A DNA stretch of 64,000 nucleotides from Amoebidium appalachense (GCA_963693365.1 CAVNZM010000002.1:7532454-7596453); one strand, 5' to 3'. Shown: positions 16,510 through 48,172, counted from the first letter of the stretch. The notes: generated from the letters alone by a model not told the origin. Translations and numbers: made by a program.

Positions 16510-16988
16510 AGGGGCGGGGGGGAAGGGGGGGGGGGGGGGGGGGGTAACTTGATCACGGGTAAATTCATATCATAGGCCCTTCATTAATGGGGCAACCAGT
16601 GCCATCAGTTATGGTTTCATGCTGTGGCCAGACACATACAAAGAGAGCAAAAAAAATATATAAACTACCGAAGTATCATATAACCGCTTCATTCCAAAAA
16701 AAAATTACAGGACTTTTGAATGATTGCCGCGGCAACTTGACATTTTCTGTCTAGGTAACAAGCGGTTAAAAAAAATAATAAAAAGATGCCCTCATATCAG
16801 GAAGCCAACATTCATCCTCATTTTATCCAATCATCAAGCATCCAAACTAACTTCATAACTTCGTGCATTTCGGAAAACATGAAATCCTTCGCCGAGACAC
16901 AAGAGACATGGCGATTCATGTATCAAATCAACCCTCAAACTTGTCGCGAGGTGTAGTAAAGAGCCATAGCAGGAGCCCATATTTCCGT

Positions 16989-17246
16989 TCAGTAATTTGC
17001 GCACGAAGAAATAAACCGGTGAGAGGGAACGTTGTCAGCCTGCATATCCATAACGTTGGTCTGCTGTGACTGCAAGAGCATTTGGTGCTGGCGTGCGAGC
17101 ATCATTTGATGCTGTTGCTGTTGCAGAATTTGGAAGTCGTATGAAGACATGTACTGCTGCGCCGTAGCGAGAACAGCCATCTCCTGGCAGCTCATGCTGT
17201 TAAATGAAGCGCACAGCATGTCCATTTCGTATGTTGTGGCGGCCAT
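16989..17246 (-). CDS. Small hypothetical Q/M-rich protein, 85 aa
   Basis: Non-repetitive ORF with CAAATGG start context after a pyrimidine-rich leader. TATA-like CCTATATGA about 125 bp upstream. No recognisable family. Confidence 0.45.
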   Translation of the reverse strand: MAATTYEMDMLCASFNSMSCQEMAVLATAQQYMSSYDFQILQQQQHQMMLARQHQMLLQSQQTNVMDMQADNVPSHRFISSCANY

Positions 17247-18006
17247 TTGGAAAAAATGAGCGAGAGAGAGAGGAGTTTGCTATGCAATGCAGTGTGAATC
17301 AAAGCTAGCAATAGAAGACAACAGATCGTGGAATGTCAGAATGACGAGGGAGCGGCAAGGGGGCGGGGTTCATATAGGTTCCACCGGTAACCGCTGGAGC
17401 GATGTAAAAATAGCCGCTAGTGATTTTTCGGCCTCGTGTCAGGCGCAAAGCGGGGATTGTTTGCCAGTGCTTTTGTAGCGTTTTGCGTGTCGTTGTAAAT
17501 GGAAAATACTCATAATAGTAGATGTTTTAGAGTTATGAGTGCCTCCTTGGGTATTTCGAGTATATGAATTATGTGGGGAAATAACATGTAGCTGTGAATT
17601 GGTGCCAAAATTTTGCTCTAAGGGCCTCGGCGGCAGGTCATGATGACGTAATGTGAATGAGCCTCTGAAAACTTTACCTTTCACCGCTTCACGTGTGCGT
17701 TTCAATTGAAAATCACATTATTAGGTAATAATAAAGGTTTAATATTATTATTGTCTATTTGTGCGTTTTATACTGTGACTTCTGCAGAGAAATAAACGTC
17801 ATAAAGCTTAGCCAAGCTTTCTTCACATGATCAAACTCTGGGATCAAGAGAGTACCCCGTTTTGGCTCGAAAATCGGATTTCCCATTGGTGAAATAGATC
17901 ATCAGCCCTCTGATTGGCTAACCGAAATATGAATTTATTAGTCGGAATCTTTATCAGCAGATCGTACGGCCAATCAGAATCGGCTGGCGGGCACGATATT
18001 GCCAAC

Positions 18007-19328
18007 TAGGGGCATTTAAATCTATCCCAAAAACTTCTCTATCTATCCGAACGCACTATCCTAGATCTATCTCTTGCTTCATGTGGTTTGGTTCAATATT
18101 CAAGTTGCGTTAATTATACAATGGCATATATATAATAGGCTGGCGGCCCGGCGTACATATATATATATATGTATATATATACGGGGAACCCCAACTAAAT
18201 GATTTCTCTTAGTCTTTATGGTGTCTCGTAGAGAAAGTAAACCCTGATATATAATCATCACCCGACATCTATGTACGTGATCATGATATACCGCTGAGGG
18301 GATATCCGAGCAAAAACCCCCCATACCTGAGACTTGTCTCTCTTTGCCTCGAGTAAGCAGCGTAAACCCCCCATATATATATATATAGGGGGCTTTTAAA
18401 TATAGTTTCTCCACATAAATTTTTGAACCACCAACCCATAACTGAATGTTGGGTATAGCATCCCCATCATCCCTGGGGACTAAATACTGGATATTGATTG
18501 GCAGTTCATCATTTTGGCGCGCATTGACTACCGAGTCACTTTCACTTCGATCTCTTAGCTGTCACGTCAACTTTTTTTTCCCGATTCTTCACCATGGCAG
18601 GTATATAAAGGCTTTCGTTTCTTCTTTTTGTGGTGGGAGGGAGTCCCACTCAGGGGAACGTGACTGCAGCGTGTGTGTGGCGTGGCCTGGTGTATACGTA
18701 TTCGAATTCCTACTGCTGTGAGAGAGTTTCGCGGAGTTTCTCTGTTGCTTGAGAAGTGGTTTCTTCAACGCCTGGTGGTCCACTGCAACCTATGGTAACC
18801 TCTACACGCTGTCTACGCTTCTACACGACCCATTGGCGGTGGGCTGCTGCAACTTCTTGAGCTACTTCTGCGCTGCGTGAGCGGAGGGGCGGCTACTTGG
18901 TCGTCGGGCCGGGAGCTTTCCAAGTACCGGTGACTGCCAGTCCTTAGCCTCCAGTCGTATGGCCTCGGGATAGGTGATATATCCGGGATATTTTTATTTC
19001 GTAGTTTTGGCTTTTTCAGTTCTATTGGTGGTTATGTAGCCTGTGGCTGCACGTTGCCTTCATCAACGGATCAATAAAACCGACTCAAAAGAAAAAAAAG
19101 AAAAAGAAATATGTAAACAAATAAGTACCTCATGACCCCCGGATTCGCCGATCTATCCCAGACCCTGAAACAGGATATATCCACCCCACCTGGATAGATC
19201 GTCTATCTGGGGTCCCCCTAAATATCATTTGGATCTATCCCAAAATTGCCTGAGTATCCCGGATATATCACCTATCCCGAGGCCCCCAGCTATCCCAAAA
19301 TTCTCCGGGATTACTTTACATGCCCCTA
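18007..19328. mobile_element. Non-autonomous hAT-type DNA transposon (1322 bp)
   Basis: TIR TAGGGGCAT(T/G)TAAA (13/14 match). Perfect 8-bp TSD TTGCCAAC at 17999-18006 and 19329-19336. Subterminal CTATCC(C/G) repeats at both ends. No transposase ORF. Confidence 0.9.
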
Positions 19329-21054
19329 TTGCCAACGTGGCTCACCATCCGCAATCAAATTTGAGCCTTTTTTCAAAGTGGGGCTCAATGCAAATTTTGG
19401 TCTCTCTCTGGTATCAAAAAAGTGATACAAACGAGGGACGACAATGAAGGCTTCAAGGAACTCCCCGGGAATAGAGGGCGACATGAAATATAAAAGAGGG
19501 AGCGTTCAATTCCAATAACGAGGGTTCACCAATCTACAGCTAAACCGGAATTCAGAACCATTTTCCGGTGTTGGGTGACGCCTGCCCTCATGGCAAGCAT
19601 GATGTTCTTTGTGCGTCAAACGTCGTTTTTGGCACCAAAACTCAGCACTGGGCCGCACACGTAGGCGGCAGGGGGGAGGGAGAGACTGTGAGTGGGAGAC
19701 TGTTGGAAGGCCTAAATAGGGAATAGGACACGTGCTCACACACCCAAGGATGTAAAATAAAAAGAAAGGAATTTTTTTTAAGTGATCAACGTGAAGTGAC
19801 TTGGCCATCGTGCGTTTGGCACAAAACGTGCGTAGTGAATGTTTTGTGTTGATTAGGGATCGGATCTGAGCTTTAGTGGTAGCTTCAGAAAACCCAAAAC
19901 AGACAGGAAAGAGGAAGTCTAATATAAAGGCCAAGCGACAAGTGCTAGGTCTTTTTCCGTAGAGGTTTCGGTGTTGCAACATTCACCTTTTTTCTCCCTA
20001 GGCCATCCTTCCGTTTCTCGTTTTTCGTTTTTCGACAGAGATGACCAACGGGATCCGGCCCAGGTTCCAACATAACGGATGTTCAGATATCTTTATCTAT
20101 GCCCTAAAAGAGCACATGGAATTTCATGCATGTACTTTTAAATATATACTTATCTGGCTGCATGTACATGTAGCATCAGGATCTTGCGCCCCCACATTAG
20201 GCACATCGACCACACATAAACGTACATGAAAGACAAGCATCCCAAAAAGGTGCTCTTTTGGAGATTATCCGTTACATAGATCGTAGGCTATATATGTAAA
20301 GGGTAAACCATCGACTCTTTATTGAAGGCCATCCAATTTATATTGTTAAATCGTTGTTAGGGTTTGGTGTTGCACTTCGTTTACCAACGCAGGTGGTATG
20401 GTTCTATGATAGGCGAAAGGGACGCAAGAAGTGTGGTAGCATTTTTTCGTAAACCAGAGGAGCCAGATCGTGCATACAAGTTGAAGTTGCACAAAAATTT
20501 AGCTCTCTCGTTCGCCCAACCCCAGGAGGAAAAAAGAAATATGCGCATTCTCGGAGGTACCTCTGCACTTCAAACATTTAATTCTGCCGGTCAACTGGAC
20601 CTGGCGTGAAAGTTTTTGAGACATGGCTTGCCTTTAGCTTGCAGTGTCGTTGTCCCCAATTCTACCTTAATTCTACCTCACCGTTAAGTCTGAAAGGATC
20701 ACCCCTGGCCCGCCAGCCTGCTAGTGACGTCATAGCAATGCTTAACCATAAAAGGTGCACGTTCGAAGCATTTGATTAGTTAATGAAAATGAAAAGAAAT
20801 GGCGGGAAAATCTGTGATATTGCCGCAAAAGGCAAAACTGCGAAACCAGCCTATTAAGGGATACGGGATCGGCGATTTTGAGTGGTCCCCGATTTCTTTC
20901 TGGCGCCGCCTTTTTTCCCCCTGATTACGTAACGCGTTGCTACGCACCCACACCGTACAACGAGTTTTGTGTTCGCACGTTAACGCAGAGGGCGCACAAC
21001 CCGAAAGAATTTTTTTCATGAAAAGAAACTACTTTGAATACATGCACTTTTACC

Positions 21055-22407
21055 ATGGGTGTGCAGGGCTTGCTCCCAGCACTCGGCATTAGTGCCGAAA
21101 AAGCCACAGATGTTACTGCAGAGTTGCAACGTGGGGTAGTTGCTTTTGACGGGATGGTGCAGGTCCACAAGTCCTTTTCAGTTTTCGCTGACACAGTAGC
21201 CAAACAGCAAATGGATGACAAAAAAGTCACAGACGACACATATGCAGCTATTGCAAATCACTTTATGTCCAAAGTTAATACGTATAGGCTAGCAGGGGTC
21301 CAGCCACACTATGTGTTTGATGGGCGCAGATTGAAAGAGGGAAAACTAGTTGATAACGACCGTGCAGAAAAGGTGGTCAAAGCCCGCCAAGAAATAGCCA
21401 CAAAAAGAGAGAAACAGGAGGAAGTAACTAAAAACAAATGGAGAAGCGCTGCAGAGTTAGATAACAGAGTTTTACATGCAATCATCCTTAGACTGAAAGA
21501 TGAGAATGTCGATTACACAGTAGCTCCATACGAAGCAGACCCCCAGCTTGCCTATGATGGCACGTACCGGTTTGGCACACACTGTTGTCACTGAGGATGC
21601 CGACCTTCTTCTGTATAACATCCCGCGGGTTGTATACAAACTGCGCATTGCGGATGCGGCGGTCATCCCTGGGACCGCTAATGCGGTGCGCATTCCCAAA
21701 CTGTACGGAGTGATTGTAACCCCCGCCGATTTTTTTACCAGAAGCACAAAGTACAACTTCGACGGATGGGATATAGAAATACTGCGTTATTTTGCTATTG
21801 TGAATGGCTGTGATTATGTGAAAAAGCTCAGGGGAATTGGCATGGGCACTTTGCACGCAGCTGTAAGTGAGGCGTGCCGGGCCTGGGGACGCGAGGGAAG
21901 GCCGGTAGCTGCGGGGGTTGTGTTCACAGATCTGCTCCAGCATATCCAACGGGTCAGAAAGGGGAAAAGAGGGAAGGAAAAGCCCGTTAAAAGCACAGAA
22001 AACAAGCAGGGTGGGGACGAACGGGCAGGAAGAGTCGAAATCGGACGGAAAGGAGGTGAAGCAGTGGAGGAAGAGGTTGAGTGGTGGGATCTTGAATACG
22101 AACATGGAACGTATGAAAACGGGGCTGAGGTGATGAGGTTATAGAGATGCAATGATGAGGGTGAAGAGGTTATAGAGATGCAATATGCAGATGGTACGAA
22201 AAAGAGGCGGATAGTAGGACCAAGTGTAGAAGAATTGGCCCAATCATGTAGTACAAGCCTGACCTTGTAGGGCTCCGTGCATTTGTACAGCAAATAGACC
22301 CTACTGGACACAAGTATAGTTTTACCTGGAATGAAAAGTTTATTGTGCAAATGTATCCATCATACAGGGCAGAAAACCACAAAAAGTGGAAGAAGAAGAA
22401 GAAGTGA
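21055..22407 (+). pseudogene. Exo1-like XPG/FEN1-family 5' nuclease carried by the transposon, frameshifted
   Basis: MGVQGLLPAL, VAFDG, YVFDG and VAPYEADPQLAY, then a frameshift at about 21556, then MARTGLAHTVVTEDADLLLY and the H3TH motif NGCDYVKKLRGIG. The tail after about 22140 is degenerate, so the 3' end is uncertain. Confidence 0.88.
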
Positions 22408-22519
22408 ACACGAACACTGAAAATGCAACTGAATGATTCTGTTTTCCTTCCTTTTTTTTTTTTTTTTTTTTTTTTTTTTGTTTACGTTATCTTTCATAAT
22501 GTGTACTGTGTGTGTGTGT

Positions 22520-22576
<57 letters not shown>

Positions 22577-22829
22577 GTGATCTTCTGACCGATCTAGTGA
22601 ACCTATAATGAATGAATGAAGACCGTGTGTCAAATCTGAGAGCAATGTACCAGACCCTGGTGCCTGCATATGTTTCCTACCCCCCCCCCCCCCCTCCCCC
22701 GGTCCCTCCTCCCCCCTTGGTGTTTGCATACGTGCCTACCTGCCCCCCCCCCCCACACACACACACACACACACACACGTGTGTGTGGGGGGGGGGGGGG
22801 GGGGGCGTGCATGCGTGCGTGTGTGCAAA

Positions 22830-22880
<51 letters not shown>

Positions 22881-23074
22881 TTCCGTGTGTGCGTGGTTGT
22901 GTGTGTGTGTGAAGGGGGGGAGGGGGGGGGGGGGGGGGAGAACGACTCAAGGTTGTACTTGGCACACAAATACATAATAATTTCAATTATTATTATTATT
23001 TTCCTATACAGGAAAAGTGGAGCCCTACTGGCCGAATACATACATGCAAGCATTCATTCATATTTTTGCCCCCC

Positions 23075-23138
<64 letters not shown>

Positions 23139-23181
23139 CAGAGAAGGGGGCTTTAGGGAGAGGCAATCGAAAACGAAAATT

Positions 23182-24018
23182 CTACACCATGCTTTTGGTG
23201 TGCCCGGGCCCCACCATATCCTTATATAGTGGCTCTTGCATGTTACACAAGAAAGCCACAGCCTTAGCTACCATCCAATGGGTGCCTACCATCGACATCT
23301 ACACCTGATTGCTAAACAGCCGATAATTTTTCATGCGCCCAAAAGCCCTCTCACTGCTCGTCTCCCCCCGCTCCCTCGCTCGTTTCCGTGTTTGCTCATT
23401 ATCTGAGGCATCCATTCCTACAGCTTGCATATGACTATTGGCCCTTTCCTCCCTCAATAGCTGTACCTTCTCTCTGTACATCGGGTCTAGTTCCATTCGG
23501 ATGGGACATGCATCCTTTGTTAATTTCAGTTTTCCATTCTTAGCAGTAATATCATCATCGGTGAAATGTGCCTCGCATACAACCAGTTGCTTAAGGATAG
23601 CCAGTGGCCAGGGGACTTCCACCTTCGGTTGCCCCCGTTTCCTCTTTGGTTGTGGTTCTTGTGCCGACTACTCAGCTGGCACAGCCGAGTCATTGGCATT
23701 TTCGGATTGTGTGTCAGCTGTGTGTGTCTCAGTAGTGGTTGTGTCTGTATTTACGTCTGTCCCATCCGAGGCCTTTGGCCTTGTGTCTGTGTGTGTGTCT
23801 GGGTCGGGGGGTGCTTGCTTTGTGTGTTCTGCTATTTGTTTCCGCTCATACTTTGTTTGCTCCTGCCTGCCTATAGCATTTAACCAAGCATGCCTCCTAG
23901 CCAATACATTTGGTTTGCATCCATATGGAACAGTAAAATGCTTTATCTTCCTGGTAGGATCTTTGGGAGAGACTGTTTCTTCGTCATTTTTGCAGTAGTT
24001 AGCCGCGCAAGTTGGCAT
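23182..24018 (-). pseudogene. Internally deleted THAP + DDE_Tnp_4 (ISL2EU/Harbinger-type) transposase
   Basis: One reading frame with two internal TAG stops (23668, 23299). THAP C2CH signature: MPTCAANYCKN..FTVP..RRHAWLNAIGR..VVCEAHF..LTKDACP. C-terminal motifs ERAFGRMKNYRLF and AVAFLCNMQEPL are typical of DDE_Tnp_4 transposases. The HTH and first two catalytic Asp segments are absent. Confidence 0.82.
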
Positions 24019-24565
24019 TGTGAGTGCCTAACATATATAGTTAGAAAACAACCCGCCTTCATGAAAAATGTGCAGCGCAGTTTTGTCCGGACACGTGTGT
24101 GGCATGCCGTGTGTACATGGTATAGCTCGGCCACACGATCTTAGGTGCCCAATATGCAGATCAAGCCCACTCAATCCAGATAGATATCGATCTGAGCGGC
24201 GCCAGAAAGTATTCGAGCCGCGCGATCCCGTATCCCTTAATGTAGCTAGGCTGCAGCGGCACTTTGCGTTCTCTTTCAGCCTGAGTTCTCAGTCAGTTCA
24301 ACGGTAACTTATCAATTAGGGTTTGCAGAAGTTCGAGATGCCGCAACCGGTTCCCTCCTTATAATTAGTAGGTGGTACACTACTTAGATATAGCTACCAG
24401 TCTTAGATTAACAGGTGTTGCCGGTAACAGGTGTTGCCGGTGCATTTGTCAGCTTGTACACAAGAAGCTCTCGAGTAGTTATTCAAACGTAAGAGGATCT
24501 TAAGCAGCAGAACTTAGACAACGAAGATACGAAGACACAAAGTCCATGTTACAGGAGTAGACTCA

Positions 24566-35346
<10,781 letters not shown>

Positions 35347-36122
35347 TTGGATGATTGGAGGTCAAAGATTACGTCCTATTGACAGACTTCTGATAGCTTT
35401 TAACTTGATATGTAACTATGGTTGCAATTTGTTGGGTTGTTGTGACGGAAGAGTAATAATTTTTTAGTCGTTATTGTTGGATTTAACGAAAAACTGTGTG
35501 CTAGCGGCAGTGGGTTGAAAGACCCATGTTAAAACATAATCAACCAGATGGTGCTAGCAAAAAGATAAGCTCGGATTGGCTGGCTATATATAGTGCTTGG
35601 TTGATGGCGTTGTCGCGTGTTCTGTGGCGCTTTTTATGTTCCTATTATGTATGACTACTATGTATAGACTTTTAGCAATAGAAGGGAGGCAGCACCATCA
35701 GGGCTGGGACCTTTAAGGTCTACAGTGGTAGGGTAGTGATGTAATAGAGACACACGTGATTTTTGTCTCATACCTTTGCTTGGTTGATTGCCTATAATTC
35801 TTATGGTTTGATGCAAATTGCTGTGCTTGGTCGTCACGTGATATAGTCCTAGGGGTCCATTGGTTGGTTTTATACTGCTACTGGTGAAGGAGCACTGGTA
35901 TGTAGAGGTCGGACCAATAGGCAAGGCCAGTAAATTTGAGTCATGCGACCTGTAAATATATCTGAACGTACGTTCATGGGGTAACTACTGTAGTGAGAGA
36001 AGGTTATAGAATGCAAGCACGTGGTGATTGTATCAACATGAGCAATGGATGGCGGCAGTTGAGCAGCTGTTCAAGCCTTAGGTGTGCATGTGGTGTGTGT
36101 GTGCGTGTTTGTTTGTGTGTGA

Positions 36123-36181
<59 letters not shown>

Positions 36182-37659
36182 CGTGTATGTGTGTGTGTAT
36201 GTGTGTGTGTGTGTGTGTGTCCGTGTGTGTGTGTGTCCGTGTGTGTGTGTCCGTGTGTGTGTGTGTTGATGCTGGAAGTGTGTCCGACGTGCGTCTCTGC
36301 ACACATGTATGTGTGTCCATATGCATGGATGTGTTTTCGTGCCGGCTTGTCCGATTTGTTCCACTCTCATTTTGTGGCCCCCGTGTGTGTAGCTATGTGT
36401 ATGTGGCAGGCCCAAGCCTCGATGTTGCTTCACGTGACCGTAATACAGGTTGAACCGTGGAGGAAAGGAGTGAGGGGGGGGGGGGGGGGGGGGGGGGGGG
36501 CATGCATGCGATGGCAACCGGAAATACTAGTGCATGCCTGTGCAAGATATTAAAGGGTATTAACTTTTAGCATTTCGAGCCGGGTCAGGTCAGAGGGGAT
36601 TCTAGCTATATGATTGGCGTGCAGCGCATGAGCTGTGCACCATCGCTTGGCCGGCAGCAAGGTACAGATGCGCCAAAATACAACAAAAAAGACAAGGAAG
36701 GGAGAAAAAATAAAAATACATAAACTAAGAATAATAATAAAGCGTTAGGGAAAAGATTGCAGTTCATTTCATGACTTATGCATATGTGCTGAGCAAATGG
36801 CTTGACCTGGATGTGCTGGAATGGTTACAATTAATCGGCCTACAAGAAACCCCCTTTAAGATCTTAAGAGCTATGTAGCTTAAATAATCATTCTGGTTGT
36901 GGGCCCATGGCTGCAGCAGAATTGAACAACTCGTAAGTTAACTCACCCATGCATCGCACATATATCCAGTGCATGTTCCTGCATGGAGATGCACAACTGG
37001 CGTGTGCACAGTGTAAGCAGAAAGTTACTTATGCACGAGCACATGCATATACCGTGAAGAGTGTGGCGTGCACTCGTCGGTACACTGTACCGTAGTACGG
37101 TGGCGTATATACACAAGAACTGTTACGTATGTGCACACGTTTGCATCGTACAACGTACCGTGTGGCCGCACCAAAACGCCTGTGCACACAACGTCGTGCA
37201 CATTGCGTAGTGATACACGCGCGCGCCTGTACGTGAAGCACTTACGTGTAAACAGTAAGAAGAATATACTTTGTGCACAGGTACACCCACCTCTCCAATG
37301 GGCAGGTTTTTGTTGGCACATAGATACACCTATATGGCCCCGTGCAATCGATATCCTGATCATTGCGGACGGCTCACTGTACACATTTATATCATCACAT
37401 GCGCGTACATGTATATCATTAAATGCTGCGGGATTGCAAGATATTGCTTTCTTCGAAATACAACTCTCACTGTCCTATCCATTGTGCCTATATGTATCAC
37501 ACATCAACATCCAATTCTTGATAGCCCGGTGTACTGCTCAAATACGCACGGTTACGGACAGATCCACTCGGTTTGTTGAAGCGGCCCTGTATTCGAATGG
37601 GTAACTTCACTTTGCACCGGAATATAAATATTATGATATTAATTTTTAATATCAGCCAA

Positions 37660-46190
<8,531 letters not shown>

Positions 46191-46290
46191 TTTTTCAGGT
46201 CAATAGGGCAAAAATATATATGGGACGCGAGTATGGAAATGTAGCCGGAAAGCAAGCTTCGTCCAATGCAGTCCTCCTGGATCCTACCCC

Positions 46291-46800
46291 AGAGAAATAC
46301 GCCAAAACGGGCAATAGCGATCAGTGATATCACCGCCGCGTGATATCGGTGACATCACGGGCTAACACCGCGAATTTGGCTCGTGCCGTACGGTGAAAAA
46401 TGGTGATATCACGGTGATATCTCGACCGTCATAAATTCTCCGATTCGTACCACCCGTGGTATCAAGTGATATCACAGTGACATCACAGGGTGATAATAGT
46501 GATATCACAGTGATATCACTGTTTCTTTGTGTATACGTGATATCACTGTGGTATCACTGTGGTATCACGGTGGCTTCACGGTGGTATCACGGTGGTATCA
46601 CGTTGATATCACTGTAATTTCATCGTCGTAACGTGATACCACCGTGATAATGTCACTGGCTGCATTTGATTGGCTGCGCTGGAAGACGCAGTAGGCCGTC
46701 GAATGGGGCTGGGCCTCCGGCAGTGTCCACGCAATAAAAAGTGTGTAAACCCCAACTAGTCCAATGTAACGGCATCTGCCAGGCCGTTTCACAAGTTGCT

Positions 46801-46882
<82 letters not shown>

Positions 46883-46985
46883 GTTTCTGTGTGCGTGTGC
46901 GTACGCGTGTGCGCGTGTCTGTGTACACGTGTGTGTACACATGTACGGTGTGTGTGTTGCAATTGGGGGCCTGGGGGAGGAAGGG

Positions 46986-47046
<61 letters not shown>

Positions 47047-47554
47047 CAAGCTTTGTAGGACACCAAAAACAGTTCTGTAATCATGAATTCTTAATTTGAA
47101 TTACACATAAGCAATTTAAAACATATGCCATCTCGTACGCCACTCCTAACGTAAAGCAGCGCGCGCGCGAGCACCCCGCGGCGATTATACTACGTTAAAT
47201 TGCCTCCCTGACAAAGAACCACTTACTGCAAGCTGAATTAAGGAAAGCGAATGAATTGTTTTAAACGCGCGGTTAAAATAATACCTGATCTGTATCGAAT
47301 CAAAATTCGTCAACACTTTGCGGGCAACATACATCCAGTGTTTGCAAGATGCAAGCGCCAAGCGCCAATGGTGAACACCGTGTCGTGTTATTGCGTGATA
47401 TCACCGAAAGCCCACCCCTCTTTCAATCTAACCGCTGTGATAACCGTGACGGTGATATCACGGTGCTATCACCAGTCGGACAGGAGGCACATTTTTCGAC
47501 AATCGGTGATAAAATAGTGATATCACGGTGATGCCCGTTTTGGCGTATTTCTGT
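46291..47554. mobile_element. MITE / non-autonomous DNA transposon with GTGATATCAC subterminal arrays
   Basis: Inverted repeat AGAAATACGCCAAAACGGGCA (46293-46313 / 47532-47552). Flanking direct repeat TACCCCAG, with the boundary ambiguous by 2 nt. Many palindromic GTGATATCAC-like units at 46320-46650 and 47395-47530. Confidence 0.85.
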
Positions 47555-48133
47555 TACCCCAGGAAACGTCAACATGGTGATTGGTTGTAGGTCACTAGGC
47601 AATAAAGGTGGGTTACGTAATTTCACGATCATTTTTGGCTCCGGCTGCCGCGTGACTACTGACTAGGCTATTGCGCCTATTATAACTCTCCTGCCGGCCT
47701 GCCGCGGGAAAAACGGTGTACATGTTGATATAGAAGATAAGTCACAAAGACAGCTTGCTGTTATTACGCATATTATGATCGATGCATATGCATATGCCTC
47801 CTTTTTTATAGTTTTCAATGATTATGATCGAGCATGCCCACGCTTGACGGCCGGACTGATCCCCGCCGGGCCGGACTAGTACTGCCTCAGGCTCACCCGC
47901 CATCCCTCCCCAGCCACCGCCTCCCCTCCCTTTCTCTGAAACCTTTCCTCCTCCTCCCCCCCTCCCCCACCTCCTCGCCCCTCCTTCCCCTCCATCCCCC
48001 ACTCTCGGCTCCCCCCCCTCCCTTCCCCTCCCCTCCCCCCCCCCCCCGCCCCGCTGCCGGCACCCTCCCTAGCTATAGGCCTGGCCCCAGGCCTTATGTT
48101 AGTATTTGTACTCGAACTCGAGCTCCCCTCGGC

Positions 48134-48172
<39 letters not shown>

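Larger units (their letters stand above)
20858..24236. mobile_element. TIR DNA transposon, ISL2EU/Harbinger-like, defective, with two convergent genes
   Basis: Perfect 14-bp TIR GGGATACGGGATCG flanked by TTAA on both sides (20854-20857, 24237-24240). A second inverted subterminal motif CTTTCTGGCGCCGC lies at both ends. Contains the transposase remnant and nuclease gene listed next. Confidence 0.9.

Noticed and set aside
20104-20262. Small MITE suggested by AAAAGAGCAC/GTGCTCTTTT
   Set aside because: Only a 10-12-bp inverted repeat, with no TSD and no second copy.
21055-22144. Host EXO1 gene or giant-virus insertion
   Set aside because: It lies inside TIRs with a target-site duplication, is frameshifted and has no other viral genes nearby.
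23182-24018. TAG read-through or alternative genetic code suggested by in-frame TAGs in the transposon
   Set aside because: The reconstructed host genes contain no internal TAG and the kinase ends in TAG; point mutation in a dead element is simpler.
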